Shown: positions 1 to 9,489 of the stretch, in pieces
Layout of the letters: every line of letters begins with the position of its first letter
Numbering within the stretch: the stretch's first letter is position 1
Assembly: GCA_046262595.1 (NCBI GenBank)
Contig: JBHEMM010000023.1
Span: 1 to 22,938 of the forward strand
From: Vulcanimicrobiaceae bacterium
GTDB lineage: Bacteria; Vulcanimicrobiota; Vulcanimicrobiia; Vulcanimicrobiales; Vulcanimicrobiaceae
DNA: 22,938 nucleotides
Direction: 5' to 3'
Made by a program: the position numbers and the translations under genes
The notes under the pieces: model-generated
Seen by the model: only the letters and a program-made list of their open reading frames with translations
What the model was told of the DNA's origin: nothing
The model's database searches: none

Positions 1-722
1 CGCTTGCGCGCACGCAGCCAAAAGATTTCGAGCTCCGTGATGCCGGATACTTCGAGGGCTGTTTACCGATCGAAGAGATGGCGGATCGCGGCGAGGAGAC
101 GCTGCGCTTCGGACCGCTCAAACCGGTCGGCCTGCGCGATCCGCGCACCAATCTCACACCACACGCCGTCGTGCAGCTGCGCAAAGAAAACGCCGAAGGC
201 ACCGCCTTCAATCTCGTGGGCTTTCAAACGCGCTTGAGCTGGCCTTCGCAGAAGGAAGCGTTCTCCAAGTTCCCGGGCTTAGCCAATGCTGAGTGGCTTC
301 GCTTGGGCGTCATGCACCGTAACACGTTCATCGACTCGCCGCGTGTTCTGGACGCCTCACTGCGCTTGCGGTCGGATCCGCGCTTGTTTTTTGCAGGCCA
401 GATTACAGGCGCCGAGGGCTACGTCGAGGCGGCCGCGTGCGGAGCGATGACCGGCATCCACGCCGCGCGTCAACTGCTCGGGTTACAGCCCATCGCTTTT
501 CCGCAGCAAACGGCATTTGGTGCAATTGTGGCACATTTGCAGAACACGCAAACCGCCGACTTCCAACCGGCAAACGTAACGTGGGCGCCGTTCCCGCCGC
601 TGGACCGCGCCATTCGCGACAAGAAGGAACGGCGCCGCGCACTCGCCTCGCGTGCAACCGTCAGCCTGCTCGAGTTCATAAAGCAAGACAGGCGTGCATT
701 TCCGGCTTTGTCCGCCTTTTAA
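1..722 (+). CDS. trmFO: Methylenetetrahydrofolate-tRNA-(uracil-5-)-methyltransferase TrmFO (Gid), 5'-truncated
   Basis: Frame open from base 3: YFEGCLPIEEMADRGEETLRFGPLKPVGL, NLVGFQTRL, GVMHRNTFI, FFAGQITGAEGYVEAAA, FQPAN are TrmFO signature segments; stop TAA 720-722. Confidence 0.96.
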   Translation, partial: LARTQPKDFELRDAGYFEGCLPIEEMADRGEETLRFGPLKPVGLRDPRTNLTPHAVVQLRKENAEGTAFNLVGFQTRLSWPSQKEAFSKFPGLANAEWLRLGVMHRNTFIDSPRVLDASLRLRSDPRLFFAGQITGAEGYVEAAACGAMTGIHAARQLLGLQPIAFPQQTAFGAIVAHLQNTQTADFQPANVTWAPFPPLDRAIRDKKERRRALASRATVSLLEFIKQDRRAFPALSAF

Positions 723-872
723 CAGTTAGCACCGGTGCCGTAGGTAAACGACGCGGCGCGGATAACGTACTACGGTGAAGCGCCGCGGCCGATGCGTAAC
801 TCGCAACATGGATAGAGCTCCGGCTCGGCAGCGACGCCTCATCACCTGACAACTGTGGAGGAAGTCAAAAAG

Positions 873-3800
873 ATGGGTTTATTCCGACGGCATGCAGCCG
901 GGCTGCGCGCCGTATTTAGCGTCCTTCTTGCCGTAACGTTCGTTATCGGCGGGCAAGGCGCGGCATTCGCCGGCACGACCGGTATCATCAACGGCGTCGT
1001 CACCGATCAACAGACGAAAGCGCCGATTTCCGGCGTACGTGTAACGGCCGCCGCTCCCTCGGGCTCATACACCGCGACGACGGACCAGCATGGATTCTAC
1101 TCCATGACGGGCGTGTATCCCGATTCGTATACCGTCTCTTTCCAGGCCGGCAGTTACGCGCCGGTCGTGCAGCCGGGTGTTGCGGTCTTCGCGGACCTCA
1201 CCGCCACGGCCAGCGCCTCGATGACCAAAGAATTGAGAACGATTGCGAAAGTCACCTCGCGCAGCGCGGGGGGCGCCTTTCAGCCCAACCAAACCGTGGA
1301 CACGTACACGGTTACGGCGGCCCAAGCGAATCAAATTCTCGGTAACAACATCAACCTGAGTGAATCGCAGCTCATCGCATCGCTGCCGGGCGCCTCGTTC
1401 GACAGCAGCGGTTACCCCGTCATTCGCGGCGGCCGTGAAAACGAAGAGAGCTTCCAGTTCGAAGGCATCCCGTACACGGACGCGTTCACCAACCAGTTCG
1501 TGAACACGCTTTCGCTCCCGGGCCTCGGCTTGCAGTCCGCGCAGCTTACGCCGGGCGTTTCCAACGCCACGTTTGCTTCGCAAGGCACCGGCGCACTGAA
1601 CCTCATCGTCAAGCGCGGCACGTATCCGGGCTTTGCCACGGGCCAGCTCGCCGTCGGCGAGCCCTCGTTCCGGCACTCGGCGAACTTTGAATGGGGTTGG
1701 GCCACGCCCGACGGGCACTGGTCGAACTACATGTCGTTTGCCGGCCGCAATCTGGCGCCGCAATACCGTTACAACTCGCTCGATATCGGGCGCTTCGGTT
1801 CGACGCAGATGGAAAGCGACCGCGAGTTCATTAATAACCTGGTCTACCGCTTCGGCAAGAACAACGGGCAATCACTGCAAGTTTTTGCCGACGTCGCCGA
1901 CCACCATTTCTACGAAGGCTACGGCGGCTACGGCGCCACGTGCTTCGCGTCGTGCGATCCGGCTTTCTTGCGCAATGCTTCCGCGTTTACAGGGATCGAT
2001 TTCCCGAACTGCTACGGCACCAGCAACACTGCCGGCTCCATCGCGGGGAACGGCGCGACGAACTGCGCCGACATTCTCTCGATAGTTCCGCTCGATCCGT
2101 ATCAGAGGAGCGCTTCCGAAACGCTTGCGCAAGCGAACCGCAACTACGAAACGTATTACCAGCCCAACGCCTCGTACAAGTTGCAGTATACCAACAACCT
2201 AAACTCCTCGACGTATCTCTCCGTCATGGCGTATAAGACCAACGCCGTGGTCATCTTCGACTTCCCCGAGGGAAGCGGAACCAACCCGTTCGGTTTCAAT
2301 TCGCATTTGCAGCAGGGTGGACAAACGACCGGCGGCAAGATCGACTTGACCAAGCAATTGAGTGAGAAGCACGTGCTCAAGCTCGGCGGCAATTTCGCTT
2401 GGCTGCATCCCGTCTACGATCAGCCGTGGACGACCTTCGGCTTCTGGAACGGCGTCTTTGGTAATGGAGAAGTGTACGACTTTCTCTCGCCGGCTCAAGG
2501 CGGCACGGGCTACCTTGCAGCGAACGGCATTCCCGCCGGAACGCGTATGCCGCCTTCGTATGAAAGCGCGAACTCGAACCGTCAAGATTTCGGCGTATAC
2601 CTGAACGATACGTGGACGCCGAACGCGCGCTTGAACGTCGATATCGGCGTACGCATGGACGGAACAAACCAAAAGTTCAACTTTCCCGTCGGCATGAACG
2701 CGAACTGCGAGTTTTATTACCTGCCGACTTCGATAACGGCTCCGGCCGACCCGAGCGGCATTCGCACGCCCGGCGACTGCGGAACCGCAACGTTCGACGT
2801 CGGCAATAACAAACTGCGTCCGCGCGTGGTGCAGCCCGTCATGGCCGTCAGCTGGAAGCTCGGCAACAATGACGCGGTTCGTGCGGCATACGGCCGTTCC
2901 GTCGAGTTTCCGACGCTGGGGGCCGAAGACTTGTCGGCAGCGCGCAATTACTACAGCCGGTACAATAACGTTCCGTCATATTCCGCGTACTCGAATGCTC
3001 CGGCGGCGAATTGCGGTATCTTCTTGGATACGCTGTGCTCGAGCTACGCCGACGAGTTGTATTGGGACAACCAAAACGATATTCTCGGCGTCCCGATCCA
3101 GCCGATTAAACCGGAAGTGTTTACCAACTACGACGTTTCGTATTCCCATCAATTCACGAACGGGTTTTTAAACGGCGTACAGTTCAAAATCACGCCATGG
3201 CTGCGCAATGCGCAAGATGCGTTTGCCGCGGCTCAAACGCCCAAAGTGGTCAACGGCAAGATCGTCACCGATCCGGCGACCGGCGCGATTCTCTACAATC
3301 CGCCCACGCAAAGTAACCTGGGTTACAGCCGCGCCGACGGTATCGAACTTTCAATTACGCGGCAAGTTGCCTACGGGCTTTCCGGCCAGTTCTCGGCAAC
3401 GTATCAGAACGAAGTGTCCAACGTCGTGCCGCTCTCGGGAAGCGAGGATTTCTATCCGTCGGTTCCTGCAGCGTCGCTTGCGCTGGGCAACAAGTACCGC
3501 GTCGGCTTCCTCTCACCGTTCCAGACGACACTCGCGCTGGATTACCACACGCATAACGGGTGGCGCTTCAGCCCGCAGTTCTTCTATAACATCGGATATC
3601 CGTACGGCTCGGGACTCATGGGCGCCAGCTTCGTTGACGGCGTCGCATACAACATCCCGAATACAAACTACTCGGCGGGCCTTATCGGCGCTCCGGCCGG
3701 CGCGCCGCAGTACATCGATCCGATGAACCCCGGAACGGTCTTCGATCCCAACATCGTCGCTTCGCGCGGCACGCCGGAAAAAGCGTCGCCCGGCGGCGAA

Positions 3801-4112
3801 TTGACGCATCCGAGCACGAACATCAACTTCACGACCGAGTACGAGCTGCCGAACCATCAAATGACGTTCGGCGCAACGATCCTTGACGTGACCAATGAGC
3901 TGTTCAGCGGCCCCTCCTTGAACGGACGCTACCAGCCCGTTGCAACCGGTATCTCCGGTCCCCTTAGCGGTTCGAGCGCGAACACAAAGCTGTACGGTCC
4001 GGCCTATGGGCTCGTGAACTATAGTTCACTGCGCCAGCCGTTCGCTCCGTACATTAACACGCCTAACGGCGCGGGCCGCACTTTCTACTTCTACGTCACC
4101 ACGAAGATCTAA
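873..4112 (+). CDS. TonB-dependent-receptor-like outer-membrane beta-barrel protein with N-terminal carboxypeptidase-regulatory-like domain
   Basis: GGAGG 857-861 before ATG 873 (GTG 855 is an alternative). Signal peptide ending AAFA; GIINGVVTD..APISGVRVT..TDQHGFY..YTVSF domain; plug-like LPGASF..VIRGG..FEGIP; barrel strands (GVYLNDTWT, LNVDIGVRMD); C-terminal beta-signal-like GRTFYFYVTTKI. Confidence 0.85.
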   Translation: MGLFRRHAAGLRAVFSVLLAVTFVIGGQGAAFAGTTGIINGVVTDQQTKAPISGVRVTAAAPSGSYTATTDQHGFYSMTGVYPDSYTVSFQAGSYAPVVQPGVAVFADLTATASASMTKELRTIAKVTSRSAGGAFQPNQTVDTYTVTAAQANQILGNNINLSESQLIASLPGASFDSSGYPVIRGGRENEESFQFEGIPYTDAFTNQFVNTLSLPGLGLQSAQLTPGVSNATFASQGTGALNLIVKRGTYPGFATGQLAVGEPSFRHSANFEWGWATPDGHWSNYMSFAGRNLAPQYRYNSLDIGRFGSTQMESDREFINNLVYRFGKNNGQSLQVFADVADHHFYEGYGGYGATCFASCDPAFLRNASAFTGIDFPNCYGTSNTAGSIAGNGATNCADILSIVPLDPYQRSASETLAQANRNYETYYQPNASYKLQYTNNLNSSTYLSVMAYKTNAVVIFDFPEGSGTNPFGFNSHLQQGGQTTGGKIDLTKQLSEKHVLKLGGNFAWLHPVYDQPWTTFGFWNGVFGNGEVYDFLSPAQGGTGYLAANGIPAGTRMPPSYESANSNRQDFGVYLNDTWTPNARLNVDIGVRMDGTNQKFNFPVGMNANCEFYYLPTSITAPADPSGIRTPGDCGTATFDVGNNKLRPRVVQPVMAVSWKLGNNDAVRAAYGRSVEFPTLGAEDLSAARNYYSRYNNVPSYSAYSNAPAANCGIFLDTLCSSYADELYWDNQNDILGVPIQPIKPEVFTNYDVSYSHQFTNGFLNGVQFKITPWLRNAQDAFAAAQTPKVVNGKIVTDPATGAILYNPPTQSNLGYSRADGIELSITRQVAYGLSGQFSATYQNEVSNVVPLSGSEDFYPSVPAASLALGNKYRVGFLSPFQTTLALDYHTHNGWRFSPQFFYNIGYPYGSGLMGASFVDGVAYNIPNTNYSAGLIGAPAGAPQYIDPMNPGTVFDPNIVASRGTPEKASPGGELTHPSTNINFTTEYELPNHQMTFGATILDVTNELFSGPSLNGRYQPVATGISGPLSGSSANTKLYGPAYGLVNYSSLRQPFAPYINTPNGAGRTFYFYVTTKI

Positions 4113-4121
4113 GGAGAGCCG

Positions 4122-5201
4122 GTGAAACGATATCTTATACTCCTAATGCTCGCCGGCGCGGCCGTTGCGGGTTGCTCGACGAATGGTTCGGAGATCAACC
4201 CGTCGCTGGTGCAGGCGAACGTGAACAACGATAAACTGGAGTTCGCCGTCGGAACGGCGAACTTCCAAGGCACAACGTATCTGAACACCGTCGTCTCGTT
4301 GCGCCAAGCCAGCGGCGCGAGCGCGGTGCTCTTAGATACGCCGACCATCACGGGGCCGGCCGGTTTCACCGTCCCGGCAGTCGGATCGGCCGGAACTGAC
4401 GCAGGCACGAATCGTATCAGCGGCACGCCGCAGTCGGTACCGACCAATCCGTACACGCCGCCCCCCGTGACGACGTTCAACCAGTCAGGCGGTGCGTTTT
4501 CGTACGGTTTTGCGCCGTTCAACTCCGGCACGACGGGCGCGGCGTTGTATCCGGGCAACCCGCCGCTCTACTCGCAGCCGTTCTACATCGCCGCGGCGTC
4601 GAAGCTGTCGTTCTACGGCGGCCCGCCGGCATTTCCGTTCTTCAACGACGGAACGTATCCGAGCGGTTTCCTAGGATATTCGCAAGGGTTCACGATGTTT
4701 GGCGCAACGCCGGTCGGCGGCGCGTACACGTTGAGCGTGCTGGTGCCTGCAGCGAACGCAGCTCCCGTAACGTTAACGGCGTCGGCGAATCTTAACCCCG
4801 CTATCGTGGTGGGCGTTCCGGTTATCACCGGCGTCGTCACGAACGGTGCCGGCGGACTTACTGGTACGATAACGCCGGGAACGGGCGCTACGGAAAGCCT
4901 GGTATACATCCAGGACGTCACGGCGGGACTGCGTTACACGGTGGGACCGATTGCAGGTACGGCGCCCGCAGCGTTCACGCTTCCAAACACGCTTGGTCCG
5001 TGCAGTACGCGAGGCTGCGGTGCAACGGATACCACGCCGAGCATTGCCGCAGGCGACACGTACAGGGTCTACGCGGCCTCGTTCGACTATCCGGCGTACG
5101 AATCGGCGCCGCCGATCAGTACCTCGGCTACGCCTACGATTATCGGCGGAAACGGTCAAGCCGACATCGGCGTCTCGACGACGACGAGCGGAACCTACTA
5201 A
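4122..5201 (+). CDS. Lipoprotein of unknown function, partner of upstream TBDT-like gene
   Basis: AAGGAG 4111-4116 overlaps the upstream TAA; GTG start; MKRYLILLMLAGAAVAG-C lipobox; Gly/Thr/Pro/Ala-rich, probably beta-rich mature part. Confidence 0.85.
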   Translation: MKRYLILLMLAGAAVAGCSTNGSEINPSLVQANVNNDKLEFAVGTANFQGTTYLNTVVSLRQASGASAVLLDTPTITGPAGFTVPAVGSAGTDAGTNRISGTPQSVPTNPYTPPPVTTFNQSGGAFSYGFAPFNSGTTGAALYPGNPPLYSQPFYIAAASKLSFYGGPPAFPFFNDGTYPSGFLGYSQGFTMFGATPVGGAYTLSVLVPAANAAPVTLTASANLNPAIVVGVPVITGVVTNGAGGLTGTITPGTGATESLVYIQDVTAGLRYTVGPIAGTAPAAFTLPNTLGPCSTRGCGATDTTPSIAAGDTYRVYAASFDYPAYESAPPISTSATPTIIGGNGQADIGVSTTTSGTY

Positions 5202-5221
5202 ACCGCAAACTGTTGCGGATC

Positions 5222-5258
5222 AAAAGACCGGGAGCGGTTCGCCGCTCCCGGTCTTTTT
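5222..5258. terminator. Bidirectional intrinsic terminator
   Basis: Perfect 16-bp inverted repeat AAAAGACCGGGAGCGG-TTCG-CCGCTCCCGGTCTTTT with A and T tracts at the ends, between convergent genes; a small hairpin CCGCAA-ACTG-TTGCGG (5203-5218) precedes it. Confidence 0.92.
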
Positions 5259-5955
5259 AATGCGCTATCGCGTAACGTACGGAAACGGCGGCGTTTACTT
5301 TGACGCGCAGGTAGTCGCCGATCGGCATCGGCTGCTGCATGCTGCCTTGTCCGATGGAGTACTGCGTCGTGCACGCGTTGTCGGCGTTGCCGTAAAGCAT
5401 GCGCGCGTCTATTGCGAGAACTCGTCCTAGCTTTGCGCCGATGTGGCGGGCGATACTTTCCGCCTGCACGCGCGCTTGTGCGACCGCCGCATTCTGCGCT
5501 TGTTCGAGCAGTTGCGCGCAGTTGGCGGCACGCAGCGTGACTTGCGCGTCGGTCAAGTTCACGTTCGATGCGGCGACCGCCGAACCGACTGCGGCCAGTC
5601 CGCGTTCGAACTGCGCGAGCGTCGGATCGTTCACCGTGAATGCAAGCGTTGCTTGGTTCACCCGGGCGGAAGTATTGACATACGCCGGCGTGAGGATGTC
5701 GCTGCGCCGCACGCCCGCGCTCGTAAGCGCATCGATAATAGGCCGCAGCGACGCGGAGGTCAGCGCCGTATTTTGAGCGGCGTATATGCGCAAAATCACC
5801 TGAGCCGATGCTGCAGGCGCCGCTACGGAGGCGGCGCCGCTGACGCTGATGCCGTCATTCGCGAAAGGGGTCGCAGGGACGGCCGCCATGCGAGGCAGGC
5901 CCATCGCCGGCACGATTTGCGCGAGCAGGACGGCTGCACAAAGAAAGACGTTCAT
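5257..5955 (-). CDS. SIMPL (DUF541) domain exported protein
   Basis: Start ATG 5955 (MNVFLCAAVLLAQ hydrophobic leader); ISVSGAASVAAP..AQV, AQNAAVAQARVQAESIARHIGAKLGRVLAI and C-terminal VNAAVSVRYAI match the SIMPL pattern. The longer ORF to 6111 overlaps hslV and is rejected. Confidence 0.8.
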   Translation of the reverse strand: MNVFLCAAVLLAQIVPAMGLPRMAAVPATPFANDGISVSGAASVAAPAASAQVILRIYAAQNTALTSASLRPIIDALTSAGVRRSDILTPAYVNTSARVNQATLAFTVNDPTLAQFERGLAAVGSAVAASNVNLTDAQVTLRAANCAQLLEQAQNAAVAQARVQAESIARHIGAKLGRVLAIDARMLYGNADNACTTQYSIGQGSMQQPMPIGDYLRVKVNAAVSVRYAIAH

Positions 5956-6009
5956 CCGGCCGCCGTTCGTGCAACTCCACGCACCCCCTTTGGGTAGAGA
6001 ATGCGTAAG

Positions 6010-6537
6010 ATGAGAATTCGATCCACGACTATTCTGGCGGTGCTGCGCGAGGGCAAACTCGCCATAGCCGGTGACGGCCAAGTGACATTTGACAAGATCG
6101 TGATGAAGCACGGCGCGCGCAAGGTGCGCCGCATTGCCGGCGGCAAGGTGCTTGCGGGCTTTGCGGGATCCGCCGCCGACGGCATTACGCTGTTAGAAAA
6201 GTTCGAAGCGAAGTACAATGAGTATAAGGACATTACGCGCGCCGCAGTCGAGCTTGCCAAAGAGTGGCGCCAGGACCGCGCGCTGCGCCGTCTGGAGGCG
6301 CTGCTCATTGTGGGCAACGCGGAGCATTTGCTCGTGCTCAGCGGCAACGGCGACGTCATCGAGCCCGATGAAGGCATGGCGGCGATAGGCAGCGGCGGCG
6401 CCTATGCGCAGGCTGCGGCCGCGGCGCTGCTGCGCAACACGGATATGGGTCCCGAAGATATTGCGCGACGCGCGCTGGAGATCGCCTCGGAGATCTGCAT
6501 TTATACGAACAGCACCATCGTCGTGGAGGTGCTCTAA
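6010..6537 (+). CDS. hslV: ATP-dependent protease peptidase subunit HslV
   Basis: [59 protein letters not shown]. Start 6010 or 6001. Confidence 0.97.
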   Translation: MRIRSTTILAVLREGKLAIAGDGQVTFDKIVMKHGARKVRRIAGGKVLAGFAGSAADGITLLEKFEAKYNEYKDITRAAVELAKEWRQDRALRRLEALLIVGNAEHLLVLSGNGDVIEPDEGMAAIGSGGAYAQAAAAALLRNTDMGPEDIARRALEIASEICIYTNSTIVVEVL

Positions 6538-6538
6538 G

Positions 6539-7963
6539 GTGGAACTGACGCCGCGCGCGATCGTCGCGGAACTCGATAAATATATCGTCGGCCAGCACAA
6601 CGCGAAGCGCGCGGTGGCAATTGCCATGCGCAACCGCTACCGGCGCGAGCGCATCACGGGCGAACTGCGCTCGGAGATCATTCCGAAGAACATTTTGATG
6701 ATCGGTCCGACCGGTGTCGGCAAAACCGAGATCGCCCGGCGCCTCGCCGCGCTCGTCGGCGCTCCCTTCGTCAAGGTTGAGGCGACGAAATATACCGAGG
6801 TTGGTTATGTCGGGCGCGACGTCGAGTCCATGGTGCGCGACTTGGTGGAACATGCGGTGCGCATCGTTACGGAAGAACGGCGTGAAGAAGTCAAAGATTC
6901 AGCCGCACACCTGGCCGTAGAACGCGTCATCGACCTGCTGCATCCGGAGACGCGCGCGCCCTCGCCGCCCGGCCAGCCGAATCCGTTCGTGGCTTCGCTC
7001 GGCTCGATCTTCGGCGGCAACTTCGGCCAGCCGCAGCCGCAGCCCCAACCGCCGCCGGCGCCTCCGCCGAATGCGAATGCCGCGACGGTTCGCGAGCAAG
7101 CGCGCGCGGATATCGAACGCGGTTTCTACGATGTGCGTCTGGTGGAGATCGAAACCGAAGAAGCGCAAAGCATGCCGATCGGCGTAATGGGCGGCGGGGG
7201 CTTCGATCAGGGTATGGGGGGCAATGATTTGGGCGAGATGCTCGGCGGCATGCTGCCGAAGAAACGCACGCGCAAACGCGTGACGGTTCAAGAAGCACGG
7301 CGGATCTTCGAGCAGGAGGAAGCTGGGAAACTCATCGACACGGACGCGGTCAAACGCGAAGCACTGCGGCGCGCGTCCGAGAACGGCATCATCTTTATCG
7401 ACGAGATCGACAAAGTGGCCGGTCGTGAAGGCGGCCGGGGTCCGGACGTCTCGCGGGAAGGCGTGCAGCGCGACATTCTCCCAATCGTGGAAGGCAGCAC
7501 GGTCACGACCAAGCACGGCCCGATCAAAACGGACCATGTCCTCTTCATCGCCGCCGGCGCATTTCACATGAGCAAACCATCCGACCTGATCCCCGAGCTG
7601 CAAGGCCGGTTTCCGATCCGCGTCGAGCTCGATTCGCTCACGGCCGAGGACTTTAAAACGATTCTCACGCAGCCCAAAAACGCGCTCACCGAACAGTACA
7701 AGGCGTTGCTGGCCACCGAAGGCGTGGCGCTGGAGTTTGCAGCCGACGGTATCGAACAGCTCGCCCAGTTTGCGATGCAGGTGAACGAGCACAGCGAAAA
7801 CATCGGCGCGCGCCGCTTGCACACCGTGCTCGAACGTTTGCTGGAGGACGTGAGCTACGCCGCTCCGGAAGAGCATGCGGCGGTAACCATCGACGCCGCA
7901 TACGTGCGCGACAAGCTCCAAGACGTGGTTGCGAACGCCGACCTCAGCAGTTATATCTTGTGA
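6539..7963 (+). CDS. hslU: ATP-dependent protease ATPase subunit HslU
   Basis: GGAGGT 6525-6530 then GTG 6539; [17 protein letters not shown], Walker [21 protein letters not shown], Walker [27 protein letters not shown]-terminal DLSSYIL. Confidence 0.97.
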   Translation: MELTPRAIVAELDKYIVGQHNAKRAVAIAMRNRYRRERITGELRSEIIPKNILMIGPTGVGKTEIARRLAALVGAPFVKVEATKYTEVGYVGRDVESMVRDLVEHAVRIVTEERREEVKDSAAHLAVERVIDLLHPETRAPSPPGQPNPFVASLGSIFGGNFGQPQPQPQPPPAPPPNANAATVREQARADIERGFYDVRLVEIETEEAQSMPIGVMGGGGFDQGMGGNDLGEMLGGMLPKKRTRKRVTVQEARRIFEQEEAGKLIDTDAVKREALRRASENGIIFIDEIDKVAGREGGRGPDVSREGVQRDILPIVEGSTVTTKHGPIKTDHVLFIAAGAFHMSKPSDLIPELQGRFPIRVELDSLTAEDFKTILTQPKNALTEQYKALLATEGVALEFAADGIEQLAQFAMQVNEHSENIGARRLHTVLERLLEDVSYAAPEEHAAVTIDAAYVRDKLQDVVANADLSSYIL

Positions 7964-8946
7964 TTCTGGTCCTGGGCGGCACGCGGTTTGTCGGGCGGCA
8001 TATTGCCGCCGCGGCCGTGGCGGCGGGAGCCCAAATCACCTTGTTCAATCGCGGAATGACGAGCTCGCCGACGGTGAACGGCGTAAGCCAAGTGCATGGC
8101 GATCGGCACAGCGATCTGCACCGGTTGGACGGGCGCGAATGGGACACGGTCATCGACACGTGCGGCTATACGCCGGTTGAGCTCGAGCAAAGCGCCCGTT
8201 ACTTCGCGCAGCGCACGGCGCAGTACGTGTTCATATCATCGATCTCCGTCTACCGTCCCGCGCCGGCGCCGCTGAACGAGGATTCCCCCGTGCTCGCATT
8301 ACCGCGTCACGCCGATCGCTCGCAGATGAATCCGGAATTGTACGGCGCGCTCAAAGCGGCGTGCGAGAAGGTCGTGATCGGCACGTTCCGGCACCGCGCG
8401 GCCATCGTTCGTCCCGGATTGGTTGCGGGGCCAGGCGACCCGACCGATCGCTTCACGTATTGGCCGTTGCGGTATGCACGCGGCGGCACGGTCTTGGCAC
8501 CGGAGTCGCCCGCGCAGCCGATCCAATACATCGATGCGCGCGACTTAGCGGCATTTACCGTGCGTCTTGCTTTGAGCGCCCGGTGCGGCATCTTCAACGC
8601 GGTGACGGAGCCCGGTTCGGTGACCTTCGGCGACCTGTTCGCTGCGTGCGCGCGCGCGAGCGGCGCGCGTTCACCTGTTGCATATGCGAGCGCGGCATTC
8701 TTGCAGGGCAGCGGCGTCGAACCATGGTCCGACTTGCCGCTTTGGATTCCGTCTAGCGGCGACTGGTCCGGTTTGCTGCATGTCGCGAGCGCGCGGGCCG
8801 GGCTTGCGGGGCTGCACACACGGGCAGTCGCTGACACCGCGCGCGACGTGCTGCGCTGGGCGCAACGCGCCGGGTTGCCGCCCGAGGGTTTGAAGGCCGG
8901 CCTTTCGTCCGTGCGGGAGCGGGAATTGTTAGCCAAAGTAAAATAA
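7960..8946 (+). CDS. NAD-dependent epimerase/dehydratase family protein (extended/atypical SDR)
   Basis: GTGA overlap with hsl[51 protein letters not shown]. Confidence 0.9.
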   Translation: MILVLGGTRFVGRHIAAAAVAAGAQITLFNRGMTSSPTVNGVSQVHGDRHSDLHRLDGREWDTVIDTCGYTPVELEQSARYFAQRTAQYVFISSISVYRPAPAPLNEDSPVLALPRHADRSQMNPELYGALKAACEKVVIGTFRHRAAIVRPGLVAGPGDPTDRFTYWPLRYARGGTVLAPESPAQPIQYIDARDLAAFTVRLALSARCGIFNAVTEPGSVTFGDLFAACARASGARSPVAYASAAFLQGSGVEPWSDLPLWIPSSGDWSGLLHVASARAGLAGLHTRAVADTARDVLRWAQRAGLPPEGLKAGLSSVRERELLAKVK

Positions 8947-8952
8947 CGCCGC

Positions 8953-9489
8953 ATGCCGTATGTCCGGGAAATCATTCGTGACGGTCACCCGACCTTGCGA
9001 AAGATTGCCAAAAAAGTAAATCCGAAGGAGATTGCCGATCCGCTTTTTCAGCAATTGATCGACGACATGTTCGAGACGATGTACAAGGCGCCCGGCGTGG
9101 GCCTCGCCGCGCCGCAGGTCAACGTTTCCAAGCGTCTCTTCGTCATGGACACGGGCGAAGACGACGAGCATCCCGAAGGCGGCGAGTACACCGTCATCAA
9201 TCCGAAGATCGAACTAGCGGAAGAAGAAGTCGAGCTCGTCGAGGGGTGCCTTTCGGTGCCGGGTTACGTCGGCGACATCGTGCGTTTCGATCGCGTTGCG
9301 GTGAGCGGATTGGATCGCAGCGGAAACCGAATCCGTTTGGAAGGCCGAGGATTATTCGCGCAAGCGCTCCAGCACGAAATCGATCATCTCAACGGTGTGC
9401 TCTACATCGACAAGGCGAAAAATCTCCGGCTTCCGCAAAATAAAGAAGAGGAAGAAGCGGCTGAAACGGCCGCCGCTGAAGCGTATTAG
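8953..9489 (+). CDS. def: Peptide deformylase
   Basis: All three motifs present: GVGLAAPQ, EGCLS, QHEIDHLNG. Confidence 0.97.
   Translation: MPYVREIIRDGHPTLRKIAKKVNPKEIADPLFQQLIDDMFETMYKAPGVGLAAPQVNVSKRLFVMDTGEDDEHPEGGEYTVINPKIELAEEEVELVEGCLSVPGYVGDIVRFDRVAVSGLDRSGNRIRLEGRGLFAQALQHEIDHLNGVLYIDKAKNLRLPQNKEEEEAAETAAAEAY

Noticed and set aside
690..778. Possible xerC 5' remnant (ISGFVRLLTVSTG...) after trmFO
   Set aside because: Resemblance is too weak, there is no integrase motif, and it stops after a few codons.
6010..6030. HslV has a short propeptide (MRIRS) before the catalytic Thr
   Set aside because: Short N-terminal extensions are common in HslV proteins outside enterobacteria; not novel.
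6899..7921. Long antisense ORFs (6899..7921, 20710..21693, 1065..1871 and others)
   Set aside because: Typical stop-poor shadows of high-GC coding strands, with no recognisable motifs.
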